From assembly GCA_000830295.1 (NCBI GenBank), contig CP010425.1:480001-544000 (forward strand): a DNA stretch of 64,000 nucleotides, in the 5' to 3' direction. Within the stretch, counting starts at the first letter, position 1, and the number at the start of each line of letters is the position of its first letter. This DNA is from an archaeon GW2011_AR15. GTDB taxonomy: Archaea; Nanobdellota; Nanobdellia; Woesearchaeales; GW2011-AR15. Shown piece by piece: positions 49,022 to 57,573 of the stretch. The notes under the pieces are model-generated. The model was not told the origin of the DNA. It did no database searches and saw only the letters and a list, made by a program, of their open reading frames with translations. Position numbers and translations under genes: made by a program.

Positions 49022-49717
49022 TTAGGCCATGGCTTTGTCCTTATCAAGGTGCAGGATATCCTGCGGGATTTTCCAGCTGAACTTTTCAATGAGGGTATGC
49101 AGCACAGCGTTCATGGTGTAATATGATGCAGCTATTCCTGCAGTGAAAAGAGTCCTCTCGACAATTACAATGGGAAGCAGGCTTATCCACAGATCCGGCG
49201 TTGTTTGGATAGACCATACAAAAGCAGCGCTTCCAACAGCATGCGCAGTAAATGTTGCTCCGAGACTTTTTCCGATTATATTGTCAAATTTTTCCGGAAG
49301 CACTTTTACAGCTATTGGGATAAGCCAGAATAATGAGTAGGCCCATGCCTGCCTTCCTACAGGGTGCATAAGATAGGCAAGGCCTGCCAGAACAGGAATT
49401 AATAATGTATGTTTCTTTTTGGTTCCGAAATAGTATGAGGCAAACAGCATAGGCGTCAACCTTATCAGGTTTATGACGCTCCAGGCTTTCCCCGCAATAA
49501 AGAAATCAGCCAGCTCAGCCCCCAGTACGGTTATAACGCCGTAGACAGGCCCAAGGAAAGCTCCGGCAATAGGCCCGAAAAACTGGAACAAAGTAAAGAA
49601 CTGGTTCTCAACGCCAAGCACAGGCGAGAAATTGATTCTCATGCCAATGAAAACCATTGCTGTAAACAGCACGATGAACAATACCCTTTTCGGAGAGAAT
49701 ATTTTTTTTAAATCCAT
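49022..49717 (-). CDS. Polytopic membrane protein, ECF S-component-like
   Basis: 6-7 TM segments and the PIAGAFLGPVYG motif typical of the TM2-TM3 junction of S-components; co-oriented upstream of folC. Confidence 0.55.
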   Translation of the reverse strand: MDLKKIFSPKRVLFIVLFTAMVFIGMRINFSPVLGVENQFFTLFQFFGPIAGAFLGPVYGVITVLGAELADFFIAGKAWSVINLIRLTPMLFASYYFGTKKKHTLLIPVLAGLAYLMHPVGRQAWAYSLFWLIPIAVKVLPEKFDNIIGKSLGATFTAHAVGSAAFVWSIQTTPDLWISLLPIVIVERTLFTAGIAASYYTMNAVLHTLIEKFSWKIPQDILHLDKDKAMA

Positions 49718-49756
49718 AAGACCACCCTGCATAATAAGATTACCTGAAAGCTTTTT

Positions 49757-49819
49757 AAAGGTTTTGACACACGAGGTCTTTTCAAGACCAGTGTTTCAAA
49801 CCCCAAAGGTTTTGACACA
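49757..49819. repeat. 15-bp direct repeat flanking a 33-bp hairpin-containing segment
   Basis: AAAGGTTTTGACACA at 49757-49771 and 49805-49819; inner GGTCTT-TTC-AAGACC. Confidence 0.8.
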
Positions 49820-49823
49820 ACAG

Positions 49824-50768
49824 CTAACCAACACTATCAAGCACGTCGTGCGCATCCATGCTCTTTATGTATGGAACCAGCTTTTCAAAATCTTTCTTTG
49901 CCGCTGCTTCCAGCTGCATCTTCAGCATCTCCTTTTCCCTGTTGCTGACCCTTGCAAACTTATCTGCCTCAACAAGCCCGTAAGGGTACCCTGGAAAAAC
50001 AGGGTCTTTGCTGTTTTCCTGCAGTATTGGAAGAAGCTCATCAACAGAATTTCCAGCATCAAGCCTGAAAATGTATTTTGACTTTGGATGAAGCTTCACA
50101 AAACAGACATCACCGGCATCATAATACCACGTTTTCTTTCCAGTTAACCCGGAAAGAGCTGCCGCAGCAGAGCCGCCATTGTCTGTGAGAAGCCCGGTTG
50201 TTTTTGAAAGCCCGTAAAATTCTTTTTTCAGGAGCTCTTCTTCATGCGGATATGCTGCCTCCAGAGAGCCGTCAACCACCACAAAATCAGCTTTGATGGT
50301 TCCGGCAACTATAAGCTCTGCAAACCTCCGTATTACATTCCCAACCAACGATATGCTTGCCCTCCTGCCCCCCAATGCCAGTTTTTTGTCAAAGGAATCA
50401 AATTCGTATTTTTTTATATCGATTTTCCCGGTTGTGAAAAAATAGTCGGTACTGAAACATAATTTTCCGCTTTTGTTTTCTGTGCTTATCAATGTATAAA
50501 ATTCAAATTTTCCGCTTTTAGTTCTCTTATTGTTTTGGTATATAGTATAATATATCCTGTTGAAAAACAGGCTCAGCGACGGGCTTTTCAGGAGTTCAAG
50601 ATTTCCCCCGTCGACAAAAGCGACTTTTTTCCCTGTCTTTTTTCCACTTATATCATGGAAATTTTCTTTTTTTATTTCAACAGGATTCTTTGCAGAATCA
50701 TCAAAAACAACAGAGCCGGAGCTGTCTTTCCCTATTTTTTCAAGCAGCTTTTCTATAATTTCCCTCAT
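49824..50768 (-). CDS. nurA: NurA 5'-3' nuclease
   Basis: AFVDGG, RRFAE, VVDGSL, GLSKT and GYPYGLVEADKFARVS motifs. Confidence 0.88.
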   Translation of the reverse strand: MREIIEKLLEKIGKDSSGSVVFDDSAKNPVEIKKENFHDISGKKTGKKVAFVDGGNLELLKSPSLSLFFNRIYYTIYQNNKRTKSGKFEFYTLISTENKSGKLCFSTDYFFTTGKIDIKKYEFDSFDKKLALGGRRASISLVGNVIRRFAELIVAGTIKADFVVVDGSLEAAYPHEEELLKKEFYGLSKTTGLLTDNGGSAAAALSGLTGKKTWYYDAGDVCFVKLHPKSKYIFRLDAGNSVDELLPILQENSKDPVFPGYPYGLVEADKFARVSNREKEMLKMQLEAAAKKDFEKLVPYIKSMDAHDVLDSVG

Positions 50769-50861
50769 AAAAAGAAGATAATTCCCTTCTTTTTAAAACT
50801 ATTTTTGTTTCGTTTTATAATACAAAACTTTTTTATAGACCCCGGAGATTCCTCACTACTT

Positions 50862-53087
50862 ATGCCTCATGAACTTATCATAACAGAGAAACCTTCGGCA
50901 GCCAAAATGATAGCAGAAGCCCTGGCAGACTCAAAAATAGAGACAAAAAAAGAAAAGGGCATTGCCTACAAGACGATAACACACGACGGGAAAACAATCA
51001 CAATAGTTTCCGCAGTAGGCCATCTTTTCACTGTCGCAGAAAAGGAAAAATCATTCAAATACCCGTCATTTGACATAGAATGGAAGCCGGTTTATGAAGT
51101 TGTAAAGAATGCAGACTATGCAAAAAAATACGCAGACCTGATAAAAAAAGAGGCAAAGGAATCAGATTCTTTTGTTGTTGCATGCGACTATGACGTCGAG
51201 GGAGAGGTCATAGGCCTCAATATAATAAAATACCTTTGCAAGAAAAAAGACGCAAAAAGGATGAAATTCTCAACACTTACAAAGCCTGACCTTGTGGAGG
51301 CATATCAAAACATGTCAAAGACACTTGACTGGGGCCAGGCAAATGCAGGGGAAACAAGGCATTTTCTCGACTGGCTTTATGGCATCAACACATCAAGGGC
51401 ACTGATGCATGCAATAAAGAAAACAAATTCCTACAAGACGATGTCTTCGGGGAGAGTCCAGGGACCGGCATTAAGGATACTTGCGGAAAGGGAAAAAGAG
51501 ATACAGGAATTCAAGCCGCAGAAATACTGGGAAATAAAGGCAAAGCTGAAGAAAGACGGCAAGGAGTTTGATGCAAACCATATCGAAGACAAATTCTGGG
51601 AGAAGGAGAAAGCAGAGAAAGTCCTCAAAAAAATAAAGGATAAAAAAGGAACAGTTGATGAAGCAGTAAAATCAGAGAAGAGCATACCTGCGCCCTATCC
51701 GTTTGACCTTACGACACTCCAGACAGAGGCATACAGGAATTTCGGCATCAGCCCGACAAAAACACTGGAGATGGCCCAGAGCCTATATACAAAAGGCTAC
51801 ATATCCTATCCGAGAACAAGCTCGCAGCAGCTTTCAGAGAAAATAGGGTTCAAGAGAATTATAACAGAGCTGATGAGGCAGGAGCAGTATTCAGAATTAG
51901 GGAAAATCGTTCTCGGAGGCAGGCTTTTCCCGAACAACGGCCAGAAGACAGATCCTGCGCATCCGGCAATCTATCCCACAGGAATCATGCCCAAGGCGCT
52001 TCCTCCACCAGTCAAAAAAATATACGACCTTATCGCAAAAAGATTCCTTTCAACATTCGGCCAGCCGGCAGTCAAGGAAAATGTAAGGGCAGTCATAGAC
52101 ATAAGCTCAGAGAAATTTGTTGGTCAGGGCTCTGTCGTCGTGGATAAAGGATGGCATGTGCTTTACGAGCCGTATGCAAAGTCCAAGGACGAGATACTTC
52201 CGGAGCTTTCAAAAGATGACAAGGTTGATGTCAGGAAAATCGAGGAAGAGGAAAAAGAGACGCTGCCGCCAAAAAGATACACAGAGGCATCAATAATAAA
52301 AGAACTTGAAAAAAGGGAGCTTGGGACAAAATCAACAAGAGCCCAGATTATCCAGAACCTGATAGACAGGGAATATGTTTCAGGAAAATCGCTTGAAGTG
52401 TCAAAGCTCGGAATGGACCTCATTGAAACGCTCAGGAAATACTGCCCGACGATTATAGAAGACGAGCTTACTGCCCAGTTTGACCAGGAAATGGAAAAGA
52501 TAAAACAGGGCAAGGCAGACAAGGAAAAAGTTATTGCCAGGGCAGAGCAGGAGCTTACAAAGATACTTGAGCATTTCAAGAAGCATGAGAAAAGCATAGG
52601 CGAGGGCCTTATAGAGGCATACAGGGAGACAGAGTTCAAGCAGAATTTCATAGGCAAATGCCCTGTCTGCAAAAAGGGAAGCCTGAAAATAACATTCTCA
52701 AGAAAGAACAGGTCAAGATTCATAGCATGCGACGCATACCCGGACTGCAGGACAACATTCAGCATACCTCCCGGGAAAGTAGTTCCAACAGAAAAGGAAT
52801 GCGGGGAATGCGGATATCCGATGATAACTGTGATTGCAGGAAAAAGGCCAAGGCAGCTGTGCATAAATCCCAACTGCAAAACAAAGCAGCTTGAGAAGGC
52901 AGACATACCAAAGAAAAATGAGAAATGCCCGAAGTGCGGCAAGGGAATGCTTGTGTTAAAACAGAGCGTATACGGCCAATTCTATGCCTGCGACAGGTAT
53001 CCGGAATGCAGATACATAAAAAGCAATGGAAAGAATAGCGGAAATTCAAAAGAAAAGGAAACTGAAAAAGGCACTAAATCTTCCTGA
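50862..53087 (+). CDS. topA: DNA topoisomerase IA with C-terminal Zn ribbons
   Basis: ITEKPSAA, GHL, CDYDVEGE, SSGRVQ, GYISYPRT (catalytic Tyr), LGTKSTR and Cys4 repeats. Start at MPHEL. Confidence 0.96.
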   Translation: MPHELIITEKPSAAKMIAEALADSKIETKKEKGIAYKTITHDGKTITIVSAVGHLFTVAEKEKSFKYPSFDIEWKPVYEVVKNADYAKKYADLIKKEAKESDSFVVACDYDVEGEVIGLNIIKYLCKKKDAKRMKFSTLTKPDLVEAYQNMSKTLDWGQANAGETRHFLDWLYGINTSRALMHAIKKTNSYKTMSSGRVQGPALRILAEREKEIQEFKPQKYWEIKAKLKKDGKEFDANHIEDKFWEKEKAEKVLKKIKDKKGTVDEAVKSEKSIPAPYPFDLTTLQTEAYRNFGISPTKTLEMAQSLYTKGYISYPRTSSQQLSEKIGFKRIITELMRQEQYSELGKIVLGGRLFPNNGQKTDPAHPAIYPTGIMPKALPPPVKKIYDLIAKRFLSTFGQPAVKENVRAVIDISSEKFVGQGSVVVDKGWHVLYEPYAKSKDEILPELSKDDKVDVRKIEEEEKETLPPKRYTEASIIKELEKRELGTKSTRAQIIQNLIDREYVSGKSLEVSKLGMDLIETLRKYCPTIIEDELTAQFDQEMEKIKQGKADKEKVIARAEQELTKILEHFKKHEKSIGEGLIEAYRETEFKQNFIGKCPVCKKGSLKITFSRKNRSRFIACDAYPDCRTTFSIPPGKVVPTEKECGECGYPMITVIAGKRPRQLCINPNCKTKQLEKADIPKKNEKCPKCGKGMLVLKQSVYGQFYACDRYPECRYIKSNGKNSGNSKEKETEKGTKSS

Positions 53088-53226
53088 TTATTGTTGATTT
53101 TTCTATGTTGCTGTGCACAGTGAATGTCCTGCCGCAATAGACGCATCTTTTCTTCTTGCCGTCGAGACTTCCACTGGGACTGTACTTCATCTGGTTTCCG
53201 CATTTAGGGCATCTCAATAGAAACAT
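53074..53226 (-). CDS. Small Zn-ribbon protein
   Basis: MFLLRCPKCGNQM...KRCVYCGRTF. Confidence 0.75.
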   Translation of the reverse strand: MFLLRCPKCGNQMKYSPSGSLDGKKKRCVYCGRTFTVHSNIEKSTIIRKI

Positions 53227-53227
53227 T

Positions 53228-54001
53228 TTACATATTGAACTCTTTTCTGAGCGCCTCAATCTCTTCCATCCTCGATTTTCTTCTCATTATCTGCCTTTTC
53301 ATGCTCTCAGGCTTAAGGAACCTTATGTAGACGATAAGTATGTTGAAGACAAATGCAAGCAGGAAATTCACGATTGCCAGGCCCTCAACATCCATGCCGC
53401 TGAATAATGCCAGCCCCGTAAATCTGCCAATAGCATAAAACACGCTTGCAACAAGGATAGGTATGAACATGTAGAGGGGGACATTATCAGCCATCTTAAC
53501 AGCAAGGAAAGACACGAACATGCTGAATATGACCGGAAGGAACCCGATTATGACATTTGTTATAGGCGAGTCTGTTGCGCCTGCAGAAAATAAAACTATC
53601 AGGCCAATAGTAAGCAGGTAGACGAAGAAGGCAATTGATTCAAAAATTGTCTTCTCTTCAATTATCTCCACTTCTTCAATAGCCTCCTCAACAAGCTCCT
53701 CAGTATCTGTTTTCTCAAAATCTTTTTTTGCATCCTTTATCTCTTTTTTTGAGGCGCCTGCCATGAACTGCCCGAATGCCCCCTTTAGCTGGCCGACAAG
53801 GTCATTCTCCACAGGATCCTTATGCTTTGTTTCTTTCGCAGGACTTTTTTCCAGCTCAAGGAATACTTCATCAACTATATTTTTGTCATGGCCGGCGTCA
53901 AGAAGGACTTTTTCAATATTCTTCAAGGGTATGCCTTTTTTCCTCTCAGCTTCAACATACTCCACTAGCTGTTTCTTCAAAAAATGCTGGAAATTGTCCA
54001 T
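53228..54001 (-). CDS. Hypothetical membrane protein (soluble acidic N-terminus, 4 TM)
   Basis: Long ORF; N-terminal YVEAERKKG..L..I...L..AGH helical motif and four hydrophobic segments. Confidence 0.75.
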   Translation of the reverse strand: MDNFQHFLKKQLVEYVEAERKKGIPLKNIEKVLLDAGHDKNIVDEVFLELEKSPAKETKHKDPVENDLVGQLKGAFGQFMAGASKKEIKDAKKDFEKTDTEELVEEAIEEVEIIEEKTIFESIAFFVYLLTIGLIVLFSAGATDSPITNVIIGFLPVIFSMFVSFLAVKMADNVPLYMFIPILVASVFYAIGRFTGLALFSGMDVEGLAIVNFLLAFVFNILIVYIRFLKPESMKRQIMRRKSRMEEIEALRKEFNM

Positions 54002-54061
54002 TGCATAGAGTAGGAATCTTGGGGTATATAAGTTTTGTGCTGGTTATCCAAATGTTTTAAT

Positions 54062-54883
54062 ATGCCTTTACAATCAAGAGAACCAATGCTTGATTTTAAG
54101 AGACTGAATACATTCTCCAAAGAAATATCCGGATTAGATTATCAGGCGGCCAAAATGATTGTCCAGCACAAGCAGGTGTCAAAAAGGGAAAAGTGGATTT
54201 TGGACAGGTTTTTGAAAGGATATTACAACAAATTAGGTATGCCTGATTCAACCGAGATTATTCTCATGCCCACATCAGAAACAATTGCCCAGTCTACCCT
54301 TGATGTGTGCAAGGAGGGTATTGAACTTTTTCTTGATCAAAGCAGTATAGATTTAAGTGTTAAGATTACCGGCACAAATGGGATAGTATCAAGCTTTGTC
54401 AATGATCGGGTCTATGAATCTAACAGAGGAACTATCTTCCCTGATGCAGATTTTCATGCTTTTGTTTACAGGAGAATGAAAATGGGAATATTCCCTATGA
54501 AATATACTTGCTATGTTGATAGTTCGGATTTTTTTCAGGCTGAAGACTATGCAGCAGGAAAAACATTTATTTTGGGAAATATAGCAACATTGCTGGAGCG
54601 CGGTTTTATAAAAGGAAGATTATTGGATAAATCATACCTCTTTATGACAATGGCAGAGAAAACCGAATATATGAAACTAGTTGCTGCACACGAAACATAT
54701 CATCTTATTGGCAAATTAACGGATTTGGAAAAACAAAGCCATGAAGAAATGGGATTGACAGAAGACCCCAATTGCCTTGGCTATTCCAAATTCAAAATAC
54801 CCTCTTATCTATGTGGAGGCTGTAAAGATAGCATTGCTTCACTATGGCATGGATATAGATTGCGACAAATGTGCAGCCCGTAA
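54062..54883 (+). CDS. Hypothetical zincin (archaemetzincin-like C-terminus)
   Basis: AHETYHLIG followed by NCL...LCGGC; start uncertain. Confidence 0.6.
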   Translation: MPLQSREPMLDFKRLNTFSKEISGLDYQAAKMIVQHKQVSKREKWILDRFLKGYYNKLGMPDSTEIILMPTSETIAQSTLDVCKEGIELFLDQSSIDLSVKITGTNGIVSSFVNDRVYESNRGTIFPDADFHAFVYRRMKMGIFPMKYTCYVDSSDFFQAEDYAAGKTFILGNIATLLERGFIKGRLLDKSYLFMTMAEKTEYMKLVAAHETYHLIGKLTDLEKQSHEEMGLTEDPNCLGYSKFKIPSYLCGGCKDSIASLWHGYRLRQMCSP

Positions 54884-54894
54884 ATATATGACTC

Positions 54895-55320
54895 CTAACC
54901 GCATCCAATATTGATTATCGGACAGAGGTATATTATCTCTCTTTCATGTCCTTTTATGTTCTCCTTTCTAATTGCATTTGGGAAATCTAAAAAACATTTT
55001 TCATTATAAACTCTGAGTTTTTTTTCAGAGATATAATTTAGTGGAATTATCTCCTCACTATCTTTGTCAAGGGCGTACAATCCAAAACTATAATTTTCTC
55101 CGGTTTTGGAGTAATTATAGTCCTTTTTCAATTGTTCTAGGTAATAGTTCACATGATCCCTGGCCCCGTCTGCTTTTGTTTCCTCCAAAAGAGAATCTAA
55201 CACGTGCTCAAAAACATTAACAACAGGTTTTGATAAATATTCACGCCCCACTTTTGTTGTCAACTGGCTTGGATCCAAGTAAGCATAATCAAAGGCTATG
55301 TATAATGGGCATTCTTCCAT
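54895..55320 (-). CDS. Hypothetical protein
   Basis: 141-aa ORF filling the gap, AT-rich, no recognised motif. Confidence 0.6.
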   Translation of the reverse strand: MEECPLYIAFDYAYLDPSQLTTKVGREYLSKPVVNVFEHVLDSLLEETKADGARDHVNYYLEQLKKDYNYSKTGENYSFGLYALDKDSEEIIPLNYISEKKLRVYNEKCFLDFPNAIRKENIKGHEREIIYLCPIINIGCG

Positions 55321-55386
55321 GCATAAATGATGGCAATATAATTTAAATGTATTTTATGTATAAAACCGGAAAATTTTCGACAGGGG

Positions 55387-56067
55387 TTATAGTTCACTAA
55401 ATTCCTCTGGGTCTTCCTTTTTTTCTTCAGCCCGAGGTTTTTCATGAGCCTTTTTTTCATTAGCCTCTGGCATGCTGTTTTTCTTAGCCAGGGCCTCCTC
55501 AAGGAATGCCGCGCCCTGCTTATACCAGTCAGGCTCCCCTTCAAAATCATCGACCTTCCTCTGGTCTGGCTCGCTGATTTTCTTGAAAACTTCCCTGATG
55601 TCCTTTGAGCCCTCAACATCAAAATACTCATAGAATTTCTCAGTCAGGCCAATCCTGTAGCTTCTTCCCTCATGCTCTTTTTTTATGAAGCCGAGCTCGA
55701 GAAGCTCTGCAATATGGTCATAGGCCTTGTTGTGCCTTATGTCCACGACCTCGCTCTGCAGCACAGGGGCTTTCCAGGCAATTACTGCAAGTGTCTCAAG
55801 CATTGTCTTCGGAAGCTCTGTTTCAGAGACAATTTTCCTTACCAATGGGAGGTATGCCTCCCTTACAGTCAGTTTCCAGCCGTCTTTCTCCTCCACAACC
55901 ATAAGCGGAGAACTCCTTTTTTCATATTCTTCTTTCAGCTTCTTTACATTATTGACCAGGACCAGTTTATTGGATACACCAGTAAGCTGGAGAAGTGTGT
56001 CAGCATCCATGAACCTGCCGGATGCAAAAAGAAGCGCCTCTATCTGGTTTTTGTAGTCCTGGCTCAT
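55387..56067 (-). CDS. scpB: SMC-Scp complex subunit ScpB
   Basis: IEALLFASG, LETLAVIAWKAPV.QS, HIAELLELGFI and LTEKFYEYF motifs. Confidence 0.92.
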   Translation of the reverse strand: MSQDYKNQIEALLFASGRFMDADTLLQLTGVSNKLVLVNNVKKLKEEYEKRSSPLMVVEEKDGWKLTVREAYLPLVRKIVSETELPKTMLETLAVIAWKAPVLQSEVVDIRHNKAYDHIAELLELGFIKKEHEGRSYRIGLTEKFYEYFDVEGSKDIREVFKKISEPDQRKVDDFEGEPDWYKQGAAFLEEALAKKNSMPEANEKKAHEKPRAEEKKEDPEEFSEL

Positions 56068-56663
56068 TTTTTCGGGACAGCCTTATACAGCTCCCCATCC
56101 TTTTTAACTTTTCCTTCCTTAATAAGAACATTCAGGACCTGCTCAATATTCTCTGCCCTTACACCCATAAGCGGCTGTATCTGCCCTATGGTCATAGGCC
56201 TTGAGCTCAGCAGGACAACAATGAAATTCCTCAGCAGGACAGCGGTGTTTTTTATGTAATGCGTGTTTGACTCCTTGGCCTGCAATATACCGGTATTCAT
56301 AGCATGCATCCTTGCCTGGAGGTCATTGAGGAAACCCATCAAGTCGTTGTTTTTCACAACCAGATTTTCAGGAGCAATTATTTCGATGCTTGCAGGCATG
56401 AAATCAAAGCAGAATGAAAGCAGGCTGTTCATATCCTTTACAAGCAGCTCAACCTCTGCGAAAGTGCTGAAGAGCTCATCTTTCTTCTCGGCAGTTTCTG
56501 CATGCTCGCTCACTATCGTAAATTCCTTAACTTCCTTTATCTTCTTTATATGGGTCTTAAGTGCATCTTCCACATATTTTTTCGGCCTGCCTACAACCTC
56601 CAGGATTCCCACAATATGTATCCAGCCTTCTGAGACCTTACCTTCAATTTCCCTCTGATTCAT
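56064..56663 (-). CDS. Conserved archaeal hypothetical protein with a C-terminal winged-helix-like segment
   Basis: EVVGRP..YVE.AL, FAEVE, FMPASIEI..PE; ATGA-coupled to scpB. Confidence 0.75.
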   Translation of the reverse strand: MNQREIEGKVSEGWIHIVGILEVVGRPKKYVEDALKTHIKKIKEVKEFTIVSEHAETAEKKDELFSTFAEVELLVKDMNSLLSFCFDFMPASIEIIAPENLVVKNNDLMGFLNDLQARMHAMNTGILQAKESNTHYIKNTAVLLRNFIVVLLSSRPMTIGQIQPLMGVRAENIEQVLNVLIKEGKVKKDGELYKAVPKK

Positions 56664-56738
56664 AGGAATTAGCTAAATCTTAGCCTGTTTAAAATGTTTT
56701 CGATAAGCTTTTTATATAAAGCAATAGGACAGGCAAAT

Positions 56739-57290
56739 ATGGCAAAGCTGAAAGAGCTGGAATACAAATCAATAGAAGTGAGCAGCCTTTCTATTGAAGA
56801 GATGCTTGGCATAGGCATTCCTGACAGATACTGGGGCACGGTCAGAGCGGGATTTTCCAGCCCTGCGGGGAGAGAGTATCTTGCAGTGCATGTCAGAGAG
56901 CATCCGGAAGGCCCGTATATCCTTCTGGTCAGCGATACGAGAATGGATGCTGCTGATTTTCTGGGAATTGGCGAGGCAGTGAAAAGAATAACAGAAGGAG
57001 AACAGGATTATAGAGGGGGTGAAGAAATGCAGGGTTTCCTTGAAGACTGCTTTAAGAAAAGCAGATATGACCAGAGGATTACAAACAGGTCCGGGGATTT
57101 GTGCGAAGTTATAAGGCTCAAGAGAAAGCCTGACAGGGAATACCTTGCAGAGCTTGTAGAAAAATACGACAAAGTATTTACTGGCGTGCATATAGAGAAA
57201 ATATTTTTCAGTGATGTTCCTGTTTCTGTTTATTGGGCTTCTGAGCTTCCGGCATTCAGCAAGGATAAAGTGCATGTCGATCCTGTCTAA
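56739..57290 (+). CDS. Hypothetical protein
   Basis: Long ORF; TTTTATATA ~25 nt upstream of MAKLK. Confidence 0.65.
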   Translation: MAKLKELEYKSIEVSSLSIEEMLGIGIPDRYWGTVRAGFSSPAGREYLAVHVREHPEGPYILLVSDTRMDAADFLGIGEAVKRITEGEQDYRGGEEMQGFLEDCFKKSRYDQRITNRSGDLCEVIRLKRKPDREYLAELVEKYDKVFTGVHIEKIFFSDVPVSVYWASELPAFSKDKVHVDPV

Positions 57291-57333
57291 TGCTCAAAAA
57301 ACTTTTTATATTAAGCAAGATTAGCAGTATTAA

Positions 57334-57573
57334 ATGAGAATAGTTTACCTTCTTATAAGGGCAGAGCACGGCAAGATAGGCATAGTGAAAGCCCAGCTTG
57401 CAAAGCACGAAGAAATCTCTGAAATCCATGAAGTCTTTGGAAGATATGACATTGTGGCCAAGGTGCTGGCAGAGAACTACGGTGAATTCAAGAGGTTCAT
57501 ACAGAACAAAATAAGGGTGCAGGAAGGAATAAAGAGCATAGAGCCGATTTTTGTTGCTGAAGACCTTGAATGA
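57334..57573 (+). CDS. Lrp/AsnC ligand-binding (RAM) domain-only protein
   Basis: YLLI...G, EIHEVFGRYDIVAKV and KIR...GI; no HTH. Confidence 0.88.
   Translation: MRIVYLLIRAEHGKIGIVKAQLAKHEEISEIHEVFGRYDIVAKVLAENYGEFKRFIQNKIRVQEGIKSIEPIFVAEDLE

Noticed and set aside
49757-49819. Possible minimal CRISPR (repeat-33 bp-repeat)
   Set aside because: The repeat is only 15 bp with two copies, the spacer is itself a hairpin, and there are no cas genes.
50535-50861. 109-aa N-terminal extension of TopA in the ORF track
   Set aside because: It overlaps nurA on the opposite strand; the TOPRIM motif starts at MPHEL (50862) with a TATA box upstream.
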